From the NCBI GenBank assembly GCA_038237805.1, contig JBBRYI010000003.1, positions 183,594 through 247,593 of the forward strand: DNA of 64,000 nt, read 5' to 3'. The notes beneath the pieces were generated by a model, which had not been told where the DNA came from, did no database searches, and saw nothing but the letters and a program-made list of their open reading frames with translations. This DNA is from Chthoniobacterales bacterium (GTDB taxonomy: Bacteria > Verrucomicrobiota > Verrucomicrobiia > Chthoniobacterales > UBA10450). The translations under genes and the position numbers were made by a program. Shown here in pieces: positions 39,830-48,382 of the stretch. Positions within the stretch are counted from its first letter, which is position 1; each line of letters starts with the position of its first letter.

Positions 39830-41305
39830 TCACGATCGCGTCAGAAAAATGTAACGCGGAGTTTCCTTATCGTTCTCGCCCCATGACCGCAGCTTCGACG
39901 GAATCGAGCCTTCAAGATCATGAAGCAACCGCGGCCGTTCCTCTTCCGGCGCAATCACCGCATCGATTGTTCCCGCATTCCAGCGCACGAGCGCTTCTTC
40001 CGGACTAACGAACCGCGGGCGCTCGAGATAAAGCAGAAGCCCTTCATCGTCACCGCCAATGACGTCGTATTGCCAGCCATGCCCATCTGCTTCCTTGCGC
40101 ACAGCGTGACCAAATCGAACGAGCGCCCCGCGGTCACGACGTAAACCGTCAACGACTTTGAGTGCCGCGTAACCGCCGCAAAGCAGAAAAGCAAAAACAA
40201 CGGCGATGGCCGACCATCGCATCACACGCGGCCGTAATTTTTCTTTCGATGCCACTCGCGCGAAGAGAGCGCCAAGCAACAAGCAAAAAGGAGGCACGAC
40301 GGGAAAGATTCGATCGACCCTTTTTGATGGGATGAGCGACATCAAAATCAATCCGCCGAGACTCCAGACTACGAGCCACAATATTTCCGGCGACGTACGC
40401 TGCCACCATTGCCTTAACCTAATTTTTTCTGCCGACCATTTCAGAACAACAAAAGCGATTCCGAGAATGCTCCACGGCGCAAACTTGTGGAGCAGATGCG
40501 GTAGATAAAAATAAATCGGTTGCGGGCGGTGGACCGTTTCGCCGAACCGGCCGAGGAATTCGCGCATCACAACTTCATGAAAAAAATGTGGCGCGAAAAC
40601 AATTCCGCCCATGACCCACAGAAAAAAAATCGCGAAGGCGCCGAGCCATGGCCACGAACCGCACCACGCGCTAGCTGCAGTCGCATGGTAACGGCGTCGC
40701 CATTCGAAAATCACGATCCCGGGCAGAAGAAATGCGCAAACGATCGGGCCCTTGATCAACATCGCGGCAGTGAGCAAGAGAAAGGCCCGCACCTGATCGT
40801 GCATTCCCCACGATTCGTTCTTGCGAATCTTTTCCCAGACCTGCCAGCCGAGCAGAAAAATGACGAGCGCCAACGGCATGTCGGTTCGAACGAGTGTCGC
40901 CAGTCGTAGCGAAAGGAGATTCAATCCAAACGCGCTCATTGCGATGAGTCCGGCAACATCCCCGTAGGCGCTTAGGGCAGCACGATAAAGGAACGCGAGT
41001 AGCGCGAGGGCAGCCAGAAATGACGGCAAATGCCACGCGACGCCCCAGGATTTTGTGCTCGCGAAAAGCGCCGCCGATACCCAACCGACAAGCGGCGGCT
41101 TCGTCGCGACTCTTTCGTTAGGCGTACGCTGATACAGCCAGTGACCTTCCTTCACCATTTCGAACGAAGTGAAGGCTTGCTTCGCCTGGTCGTAGTCGTC
41201 CAAATGCCACGGCAGATTGCCGATCGCGAAAAGCACGCTCGTTAGGCAAAGAAGAATCCAAAAGGTGCGCTTATTTTCGAGGAATTTTTCTGCTGAAGTT
41301 GTCAC
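39830..41305 (-). CDS. GT39/ArnT-like (PMT_2) membrane glycosyltransferase
   Basis: 491 aa polytopic protein. The N-terminal loop DDYDQAKQAFTSFEMVKEGHWL....KPPLVGW is typical of ArnT/PMT-like enzymes. Confidence 0.75.
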   Translation of the reverse strand: MTTSAEKFLENKRTFWILLCLTSVLFAIGNLPWHLDDYDQAKQAFTSFEMVKEGHWLYQRTPNERVATKPPLVGWVSAALFASTKSWGVAWHLPSFLAALALLAFLYRAALSAYGDVAGLIAMSAFGLNLLSLRLATLVRTDMPLALVIFLLGWQVWEKIRKNESWGMHDQVRAFLLLTAAMLIKGPIVCAFLLPGIVIFEWRRRYHATAASAWCGSWPWLGAFAIFFLWVMGGIVFAPHFFHEVVMREFLGRFGETVHRPQPIYFYLPHLLHKFAPWSILGIAFVVLKWSAEKIRLRQWWQRTSPEILWLVVWSLGGLILMSLIPSKRVDRIFPVVPPFCLLLGALFARVASKEKLRPRVMRWSAIAVVFAFLLCGGYAALKVVDGLRRDRGALVRFGHAVRKEADGHGWQYDVIGGDDEGLLLYLERPRFVSPEEALVRWNAGTIDAVIAPEEERPRLLHDLEGSIPSKLRSWGENDKETPRYIFLTRS

Positions 41306-41457
41306 ATGTCGTCGGAGGGATGTGTTTCCGCACGGCCTCTCAATTTATTTGAAACGGAGGATGTCATGCGCCCCCCCGATGCCGCCCCACAAGGCGAATT
41401 TTGCAATTGACATTCGCCCCATCAGGCTGTGCGCTGCTCCATACGGCATTATAACAT

Positions 41458-42054
41458 ATGAAACGTCTAACAATTCTCCTCCTGAGTTTGCTGCTCGCTC
41501 TAAGAGCATCAGCCATCACCTTCACCTTCGCCTTCGATAACGATACAACTCCTGGCATACAGGTACCGGTCGGCATCGGATCGTTTACTTTTGCGAATGA
41601 TCCAGGAAACGGCACTTTCGCATTTAATAGTCTGGGCGCATTCTCGATGATGTACTCTTTCATCAACGCCTCCGCCTTTACCCAAGCTGATATCACTTCC
41701 GGTCTCAGCAAGGTGCTGGTCGTGCTTTCGACCAGCGGAACGACGCGGCGCCTGCAATTCAGCGACACCGGCGCAGGCGGCGGCGGAAACAGTGCAGGTT
41801 CGCTCGATCTCGACAACGGCACTGGAGACCTGAGCTTCGAGCCTTCGTATTTTGGGGGCAACCTGGACTTGTATTTCATCAATGGTTCTAACAAAACCGG
41901 GTTCTTCGGCAATTATTTGGCGACCACGACAGCAGGAACGGCTGTGCCGGAGGGAGGGTCCACTCAAATGATGCTGCTCCTCCCCGTTGTTGGCATACTC
42001 GCGTTGCATTCTCTCCGGCGGTGTTCGTTGCCGGCAAGGATTCTTCGCTCTTAA
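41458..42054 (+). CDS. Secreted protein with a PEP-CTERM-like sorting tail (VPEGGS variant)
   Basis: Has a signal peptide. The C-terminus is AVPEGGSTQMMLLLPVVGILALHSLRR, that is, motif + TM + basic cluster. Confidence 0.65.
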   Translation: MKRLTILLLSLLLALRASAITFTFAFDNDTTPGIQVPVGIGSFTFANDPGNGTFAFNSLGAFSMMYSFINASAFTQADITSGLSKVLVVLSTSGTTRRLQFSDTGAGGGGNSAGSLDLDNGTGDLSFEPSYFGGNLDLYFINGSNKTGFFGNYLATTTAGTAVPEGGSTQMMLLLPVVGILALHSLRRCSLPARILRS

Positions 42055-42066
42055 GCCTGACCGCAA

Positions 42067-42693
42067 TCAATCGCACCACAGAATCGCGCGCACCGGGGCA
42101 GCATCGCCGCCGGCGATTTTTATTGGAAGCGCAGCAAACTGATATCGACCCTCGTCAACTTTACTCAGGTCGAGCGATTCCACGATAGCGATACCCGCCT
42201 CGGCGAGCGCATGGTGGTTAGGCAAATCTTTCGAATCGATCGCATCGACCGAGGGGACATCGACGCCGAGTAACTTCACTCCCCTCTCCTGCAACCACCT
42301 CGGCAGCTCGCGAGAAATTGTCGGAATTTCTTTCGGAAAAATTCTCGTGTCGGTCCATGCGCCGGTTCTCAAAAGGAGACGCGGTGAATCACCGAGCGCG
42401 CTCTCCCAACGCTCGAGGTGCGACATCTCGATGCTCGAAGAATTCGTAACATCCGTCACGATCGCTGGACCGAAAAACGCACTGAGCTCAGCGCGCTCGA
42501 TCGTTTCGCCGTTCGGATCGAAATGAAAAAGTGCATCCGCGTGTGATCCGTTATGCACGCCCATTTCGACTGCTCCGACATTTACAGCCGCACCATCTGC
42601 GATTTTCCATTTCAATTCATAATGAAAGGGCGTATCGCCCGGCCACGGCGCCAGGTCATTTGATAATGCTCTCGAGATATCGACGATCTTCAT
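42067..42693 (-). CDS. kynB: Kynurenine formamidase / cyclase-family protein
   Basis: Contains MKIVDISR...WPGDTPF and VHNGSHADALFHF (a variant of HxGTHxDxPxH). Start trimmed to 42693. Confidence 0.8.
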   Translation of the reverse strand: MKIVDISRALSNDLAPWPGDTPFHYELKWKIADGAAVNVGAVEMGVHNGSHADALFHFDPNGETIERAELSAFFGPAIVTDVTNSSSIEMSHLERWESALGDSPRLLLRTGAWTDTRIFPKEIPTISRELPRWLQERGVKLLGVDVPSVDAIDSKDLPNHHALAEAGIAIVESLDLSKVDEGRYQFAALPIKIAGGDAAPVRAILWCD

Positions 42694-42727
42694 GTGGCGC
42701 GTGCTTCCAGCTTGCGGTCCTATAGAT

Positions 42728-42755
42728 AGGCGCTCGCCGCGACGAGCGCCTCTAC
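42728..42755. repeat. REP-like hairpin + CTAC
   Basis: The sequence is aggcgctcg-ccgcga-cgagcgcct-ctac. It sits in the kynB/aldehyde dehydrogenase divergent intergenic region. Confidence 0.5.
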
Positions 42756-42852
42756 AATTTTTTGGCGAGCGCAGCCGAGACATCTCTCATCCATTCCTTA
42801 CCCTGCGCAGTCTTATTGAGCCGCGTCCGTTCAATGCTTAGACTCTCCTGTT

Positions 42853-44310
42853 GTGAACACCGAACCGATCCAGATCAAGAATTTCATCGGGGGCGATTTT
42901 GTCGGACCGGCCAGCGGCAAATATCTCGACAACATCGAGCCGGCGACCGGTAAGGCGTATTCGCAAGTAGCAGATAGCGACTTGCGCGATGTCGAACTCG
43001 CCGTTGCCGCCGCGGACAAGGCATTTCCTGCTTGGTCGCGCACATCGGGGGCCGATCGTTCGCGCCTTCTCCTGCGTATCGCCGATTTGATTGAGCGCGA
43101 TCTGGAAAAATTCGCGCGCGCCGAATCGATCGACACGGGCAAGCCGCTTTCGCTCGCGCGCACACTCGAAATTCCACGAGCCGCTAGCAATTTCCGCTTT
43201 TTCGCGACGGCAATCCTTCACACGGAAACCAAAGCGCACGTCACCGATAACGTTGCCTTCAATTACACATTGCGCCAGCCGCGCGGCGTGGTGGGTCTGA
43301 TTTCACCGTGGAATTTGCCGCTTTATTTATTGAGTTGGAAAATCGCGCCCGCCATCGCCGTTGGTAACACAGCGATCGCTAAACCAAGCGAGCTGACGCC
43401 GATGACGGCGTATCTGCTCTGCGAAATTTGTCGCGAGGCCGGTTTACCTGACGGCGTGCTCAACGTCGTGCACGGCACCGGACCGAACGTCGGCGCGCCC
43501 ATTACCGAGCATCCGAAGATCGACACGATCTCGTTTACAGGCGGCACGGTCACCGGTCGCAAAGTCGCCGAAGCCGGCGCATCGCTCTTTAAAAAAATCT
43601 CGCTCGAGCTTGGCGGCAAAAATCCGAACATCATTTTTACCGATGCCGATCTTAACGCCGCGATCGCCGGCAGCGTGCGATCTTCATTCGCGAATCAGGG
43701 TCAGGTTTGCCTCTGTGGTTCCCGGATATTTGTTGAGCGACCGGGATATGAAGAATTCGTCAGCCATTTCATCGCGGCAACGTCGCAGCTGAAAATCGGC
43801 GATCCGCTCGATGAGAAAACCGATCAGGGCGCGATCGTTTCGCAAATGCAGCTCGACAAAGTGAAGTTCTACGTAGACCTCGCGCAGAAAGAGGGTGGCA
43901 AGATTGCGCTCGGCGGCTCGGCGCCCGAGCCGCCTAACGAACGATGTCGCGACGGTTATTTTTTCCCGCCGACAGTGATTACGGATTTACCCGTCTCATG
44001 TCGCACCAATCGCGAAGAAATTTTCGGACCCGTCGTCACCATTACACCGTTCGATAGCGAAGAAGAAGTGATCGGCTACGCCAACGATGTTGACTACGGA
44101 CTTTCTTCGAGCATCTGGACGCAAAACCTAAATCGCGCCCATCGCCTCGCCGAAGAGATTCACACCGGAACCGTTTGGATAAACTGCTGGCTCGTACGCG
44201 ACCTGCGCGTTCCTTTCGGCGGCATGAAGCAAAGCGGCGTCGGGCGCGAAGGCGGCGAAGAAGCGCTGCGCTTTTTCACCGAACCAAAAAACGTCTGCAT
44301 TGCGAAATGA
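42853..44310 (+). CDS. NAD-dependent aldehyde dehydrogenase (2-aminomuconate/2-hydroxymuconate semialdehyde dehydrogenase-like)
   Basis: Contains FTGGTVTGRKV, ELGGKNP (catalytic Glu) and QGQVCLCGSR (catalytic Cys). The substrate assignment is inferred only from the kynurenine-pathway neighbours. Confidence 0.85.
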   Translation: MNTEPIQIKNFIGGDFVGPASGKYLDNIEPATGKAYSQVADSDLRDVELAVAAADKAFPAWSRTSGADRSRLLLRIADLIERDLEKFARAESIDTGKPLSLARTLEIPRAASNFRFFATAILHTETKAHVTDNVAFNYTLRQPRGVVGLISPWNLPLYLLSWKIAPAIAVGNTAIAKPSELTPMTAYLLCEICREAGLPDGVLNVVHGTGPNVGAPITEHPKIDTISFTGGTVTGRKVAEAGASLFKKISLELGGKNPNIIFTDADLNAAIAGSVRSSFANQGQVCLCGSRIFVERPGYEEFVSHFIAATSQLKIGDPLDEKTDQGAIVSQMQLDKVKFYVDLAQKEGGKIALGGSAPEPPNERCRDGYFFPPTVITDLPVSCRTNREEIFGPVVTITPFDSEEEVIGYANDVDYGLSSSIWTQNLNRAHRLAEEIHTGTVWINCWLVRDLRVPFGGMKQSGVGREGGEEALRFFTEPKNVCIAK

Positions 44311-44456
44311 AAGCGCGTCTTAAAGGCAGAATAGGGTGAACTGATTTCTGCCAGCGAGCCCCAACCTCCGCGCCGCTTGTTTTGCGTCCAACCCGATGAG
44401 ACGATGGCAGCCTAATGCCTGGACCAAGCAGATTCGAGTCTCGATAAACTCAACTG

Positions 44457-45587
44457 ATGACGAGCAATCTCGATAAACTGGCAGCGCTCATTCGGCGGGA
44501 GCGTGATGCCTTGCTAGCCGGTTGGCGCGAACAAGTAAAGCAACTCCCGTCCGCACAACATCTCGACACTCCAGCGCTCAACGATCACATTCCGAATCTT
44601 TTGGAGGAATTGGCCACCGCGCTCGAATTACAATCGGGCCAGACAATACCTGAGGCGCTCGCGGAAAATAGCCCACCGGTGCATGGATTGGAACGTCTGA
44701 AAGAGGCTTTCGATATTGAAGAAGTCGTCGCCGAGTACAACATCCTACGCGGCTGCATTCACGACCTTGCCGAAAAGAACGGCTTGAGTCTGCACGGCGA
44801 ACCTTTCCATATTATGAATCGAGTCCTCGACCAGGCGATTGGCCTGGCTGTGCAAACGTATTCCACTCAGCAAGCGCTCGAAGTGCAACGTCGCCGGGAA
44901 GAATATCTTGCTTTTGTCGCGCACGATCTCCGAACTCCTTTGAATGCCATTTCTTTAGCGACAAGACTTCTGGAACTGATATTCAGGGAGCGAAGCGCGC
45001 GAGCCGAGGCTGCTCAGATGTTAAAAAGCCTGGGCCGCAACGTGCAGCATCTTCAGACGCTGGTTGGGAAGATCATCGAGGAAAACTCTAATTTGCGCAC
45101 CGAAACCGGCGTGAAACTCGAACGGCGCGACTTTGACTTGTGGCCGCTGGTCGAGGCTCTTATCCACGATCTCCGGCCGGTGGCAGGTACCGGTAGTACT
45201 CAGCTTGTTAACAAGGTGCCCCATAATTTGGTCGTTTACGCGGATGCAAGTCTGTTGAAACGGGTCTTTCAGAACTTAATCGCCAACGCAATCAAGTTTA
45301 CGCCACGAGGACAGGTTCTCATCCGTGCGCGTGAACTCGACAGCGAAGGCGCGGTCGAATGCTCCATTACCGACAATGGCGCGGGAATCGCCGAGGACCG
45401 TCTCGAAAACGTCTTCGATGAGTTAGAGACTGATTCTCAGAATGAAGGTGGTTTAGGTCTCGGTCTCGCCATCGTAAAGACATTTATCGAGGCTCACGGC
45501 GGCAAGGTAAGTGTCGAAAGCAAACAGGGTCTCGGCTCGACCTTCCAATTTACGCTGCCCGGTAAGCCGGTTCTAACTGGCAATTGA
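44457..45587 (+). CDS. Soluble sensor histidine kinase (orphan)
   Basis: H-box FVAHDLRTPLNAI, N-box QNLIANAIKFT, DNGAGI, GLGLGLAIV. No TM segment is present and no response regulator lies in the window. Confidence 0.85.
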   Translation: MTSNLDKLAALIRRERDALLAGWREQVKQLPSAQHLDTPALNDHIPNLLEELATALELQSGQTIPEALAENSPPVHGLERLKEAFDIEEVVAEYNILRGCIHDLAEKNGLSLHGEPFHIMNRVLDQAIGLAVQTYSTQQALEVQRRREEYLAFVAHDLRTPLNAISLATRLLELIFRERSARAEAAQMLKSLGRNVQHLQTLVGKIIEENSNLRTETGVKLERRDFDLWPLVEALIHDLRPVAGTGSTQLVNKVPHNLVVYADASLLKRVFQNLIANAIKFTPRGQVLIRARELDSEGAVECSITDNGAGIAEDRLENVFDELETDSQNEGGLGLGLAIVKTFIEAHGGKVSVESKQGLGSTFQFTLPGKPVLTGN

Positions 45588-45612
45588 TCCAGAGAAACGT
45601 TTCATTGCGCCT

Positions 45613-45677
45613 GCGAAGGCGGCGAAGAAGCGCTGCGCTTTTTCACCGAACCAAAAAACGTCTGCATCGCCAAGTAA
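45613..45677 (+). pseudogene. Displaced copy of the last 20 codons of the aldehyde dehydrogenase gene
   Basis: 55 nt are identical to 44246-44300. The last 3 codons then differ only synonymously (atcgccaagtaa vs attgcgaaatga; both read I-A-K-stop). Confidence 0.7.
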
Positions 45678-45741
45678 CAGAAGGATGTTCAGCGGAAATA
45701 AATCCGCGTGCATCCGCGTAATCCGCGGTTAGAGATTCAGG

Positions 45742-46902
45742 ATGAGCGGAGTACGAATTTTAGTGGGCACACGCAAAGGAGCGTTCACCCTGACATCGGA
45801 TGCGAAGCGCAAAGATTGGAAAGTCGACGGACCGCATTTCGCGGGTTGGGAAATTTATCACGCCAAAGGTTCGCCGGCCGATCCGAATAGAATCTACGCC
45901 TCGCAGACGAGCGCGTGGTTTGGCCAGATAATCCAGCGCTCGAGCGATGGCGGGAAAACGTGGGAGACTCCGGGCGGTGCGATAGAAACGACTCCCGAGG
46001 GAATGCCGAAGGGTGAGAGCAACAAGTTCGTGTATGACGGCGTGCCGGGAACACACATGTGGTACGACGGGACGCAGCATCCGTGGGAATTTAAACGCGT
46101 CTGGCATCTGGAACCTTCGTTAGGCGATCCGGATCACGTGTATGCGGGGGTGGAAGACGCTGCTTTGTTTGAATCGAAAGACGGCGGGACATCGTGGAGG
46201 GAATTGTCGGGTCTGCGCAAACACGATACCGGACCAAAATGGCAACCGGGCGCGGGAGGGATGTGCCTGCACTCGATTATTCTCGATCCGAAAAATCCGA
46301 AACGAATTTTCATCGCGATCTCGGCGGCGGGCGCATTTCGCACCGACGACGGCGGCGAGACGTGGCGGCCAATCAAACGCGGATTGCATTCGCAATATAT
46401 TCCCGATCCGAACGCCGAGGTGGGTCACTGCGTTCATCATATCGCGATGCATCCCGCGCGACCAAACACGCTCTTCATGCAGAAACATTGGGACATCATG
46501 CGGAGCGACGATGCGGGAGATTCCTGGCGTGAAGTGAGTGGAAACTTGCCGAGTGATTTCGGATTCCCGATCGACATTCACGCGCACGAGCCGGAGACGA
46601 TTTATGTCGTGCCGATCAAGAGCGACTCGGAGCATTTCCCGCCCGATGGCAAATTGCGCGTCTACCGCAGTCGGACCGGCGGAAATGAATGGGAAGAACT
46701 GACGAAACGTCTGCCGCAGCGCGATTGTTACGTCAACGTGTTGCGCGACGCGATGACGGTGGATTCGCTGCAATCGTGCGGCGTGTACTTCGGCACGACG
46801 GGTGGACAGGTTTACGGATCAAATGACGCCGGCGATACTTGGAACGCGATTGTTCGCGATCTCCCCGCCGTCCTTTCGGTCGAAGCGCAAACATTGTCAT
46901 GA
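45742..46902 (+). CDS. BNR/Asp-box repeat beta-propeller protein (sialidase-like superfamily)
   Basis: Five SxDxGxTW-type Asp boxes: [40 protein letters not shown]. Confidence 0.65.
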   Translation: MSGVRILVGTRKGAFTLTSDAKRKDWKVDGPHFAGWEIYHAKGSPADPNRIYASQTSAWFGQIIQRSSDGGKTWETPGGAIETTPEGMPKGESNKFVYDGVPGTHMWYDGTQHPWEFKRVWHLEPSLGDPDHVYAGVEDAALFESKDGGTSWRELSGLRKHDTGPKWQPGAGGMCLHSIILDPKNPKRIFIAISAAGAFRTDDGGETWRPIKRGLHSQYIPDPNAEVGHCVHHIAMHPARPNTLFMQKHWDIMRSDDAGDSWREVSGNLPSDFGFPIDIHAHEPETIYVVPIKSDSEHFPPDGKLRVYRSRTGGNEWEELTKRLPQRDCYVNVLRDAMTVDSLQSCGVYFGTTGGQVYGSNDAGDTWNAIVRDLPAVLSVEAQTLS

Positions 46903-47195
46903 TTCGTGTCGTGCTTCCGCATCATTTGCGCACGCTCGCGCGCGTCGGTGACGAAGTGCGGCTAAAGCTCGAAGGCAAGATCACGCCGCGAACGATTCTC
47001 GACGCGCTCGAAAGCGAATATCCAATGCTGCGCGGAACGATTCGCGACCACACCGCGCAACAACGCCGACCACTCGTTAGGTTCTTTGCCTGCGGCGAAG
47101 ATGTATCGCATGAATCGCCCGATACGGCCTTGCCCGATGCAATCGCGAAGGGAGTCGAACCATTTTTCATCATGGGCGCCATCGCTGGGGGCTAG
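46899..47195 (+). CDS. MoaD/ThiS-like ubiquitin-fold protein ending in Gly-Gly
   Basis: 98 aa, [14 protein letters not shown]...[14 protein letters not shown] overlap with the Asp-box gene. Confidence 0.6.
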   Translation: MIRVVLPHHLRTLARVGDEVRLKLEGKITPRTILDALESEYPMLRGTIRDHTAQQRRPLVRFFACGEDVSHESPDTALPDAIAKGVEPFFIMGAIAGG

Positions 47196-47308
47196 AGGCC
47201 TTAACGATAGCGGTCTTCTCGCACTACGGACACAAAGGACGCCAAGGACCCGAAGTTTTAAAATAAACTTAGTGAACCTTCGCGACCTTTGTGCGAGGTC
47301 ATCGACTA

Positions 47309-47743
47309 ATGAGCAAGTCATTTGAAAGCTCGCGCGCTCCTGAACCGGTCGGCGCATTTCCTCACGCAAAGCGCGTCGGCAATTTTTTATTCCTTTCCGG
47401 CATTGGCCCGCGCGTGCGCGGCAGCAAGGAAATTCCTGGCGTCACACTTGATTCGTTAGGCAATATCGTGAGCTACGATATCGAGAAACAATGTCGCGCA
47501 GTGTTCGAAAATGTGAAGCTCGTCCTGGAAGATGCTGGTGCGAGTTGGAATGACATGGTCGACGTGACCGTCTTTCTCACGAACATGAAGAACGATTTCT
47601 CGATTTATAACAAACTGTACGCGGAACATTTCGCTGGTCCCGACAAACCAAACCCGACGCGGACGACAGTTGAAATCACCGCGCTGCCGACACCGATCGC
47701 GATCGAACTCAAGGTGATCGCGCACACAGGTAGGGGCAATTGA
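47309..47743 (+). CDS. RidA/YjgF-family deaminase (candidate 2-aminomuconate deaminase)
   Basis: Contains APEPVGAFPHAKRVGNFLFLSGIGP...RTTVEI..LP. The specific role is inferred from context. Confidence 0.8.
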   Translation: MSKSFESSRAPEPVGAFPHAKRVGNFLFLSGIGPRVRGSKEIPGVTLDSLGNIVSYDIEKQCRAVFENVKLVLEDAGASWNDMVDVTVFLTNMKNDFSIYNKLYAEHFAGPDKPNPTRTTVEITALPTPIAIELKVIAHTGRGN

Positions 47744-47766
47744 CCTCAATCGCTGCGGGTTTTCGG

Positions 47767-48234
47767 ATGAACGCAAGGCCCTTTCGCCTCATCGCAACCG
47801 ATCACACTGGTTTCACCGTCGCGAACATCGAGCGGTCTCTGGCCTTTTGGCGCGATGTTCTCGGCTTCGAACTTTCGCATCGCGCGCATCACACCGGCGA
47901 TCTCGCCGGCGAAGTGACCGGCGTACCCGGCGCTGAGATTTCCATCGCTGTTCTCAATGGTTACGGACACAAGATCGAATTGTTGGAGTATCTCGCTCCA
48001 GCTAATCGAAAGCAGGTCGATCTCAGACCGTGCGATGTCGGTTCCGCTCACGTCGCGTTTACGGTAGAAAACCTCGACGCGGTGCTGAACAGAATTTCCG
48101 AGTCCGGATGGAAAGCAGCAGGCCAAGCTCAAACGCTTAAAACCGGTCCAAACGCTGGGAAGCGCGTGATCTACGTCCGCGATCCGGACGGCACAACGAT
48201 CGAGCTCATGCAGCCGCCGCCCGCTAAACATTGA
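47767..48234 (+). CDS. VOC-family (glyoxalase/bleomycin-resistance/dioxygenase fold) protein
   Basis: Contains HTGFTVANIERSLAFWRDVLGF...H.AF.V.NLD and DPDGTTIELMQ. An alternative TTG start at 47740 overlaps the RidA stop. Confidence 0.7.
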   Translation: MNARPFRLIATDHTGFTVANIERSLAFWRDVLGFELSHRAHHTGDLAGEVTGVPGAEISIAVLNGYGHKIELLEYLAPANRKQVDLRPCDVGSAHVAFTVENLDAVLNRISESGWKAAGQAQTLKTGPNAGKRVIYVRDPDGTTIELMQPPPAKH

Positions 48235-48243
48235 GTGCGCGCA

Positions 48244-48347
48244 AGGTGGATCGAGCAGTTAGGCCAGTCCGGCTCGGACCTCGATGTTAAATAATGTCGG
48301 CGAAGCCGGGTGACTTAGCATCGCCCGACGGAGCGACCGATCCACCT
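48244..48347. mobile_element. MITE-like element, 104 bp, 10-bp terminal inverted repeats AGGTGGATCG / CGATCCACCT
   Basis: Perfect TIRs at 48244-48253 and 48338-48347. Its left-end sequence recurs at 54290 and 55491. It is intergenic between the VOC gene and kynU. Confidence 0.5.
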
Positions 48348-48382
48348 TTGACGGACGCTCTCGCTGCGTGGAGCATTGCGCG

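Noticed and set aside
41364-42066. Two minus-strand ORFs (182 and 185 aa) overlapping the plus-strand gene at 41458-42054.
   Set aside because: The plus-strand product has a signal peptide and a complete sorting tail (motif, TM segment, basic cluster). The minus-strand products look like shadow ORFs.
44246-45677. The duplicated ALDH 3-prime end (and the mutL one) explained as an assembly artefact.
   Set aside because: The copies are not identical: the ALDH pair has synonymous end differences, and the mutL pair has indels and a different stop codon. That is not what a repeat-collapse or chimeric join produces. This still needs read-level confirmation.
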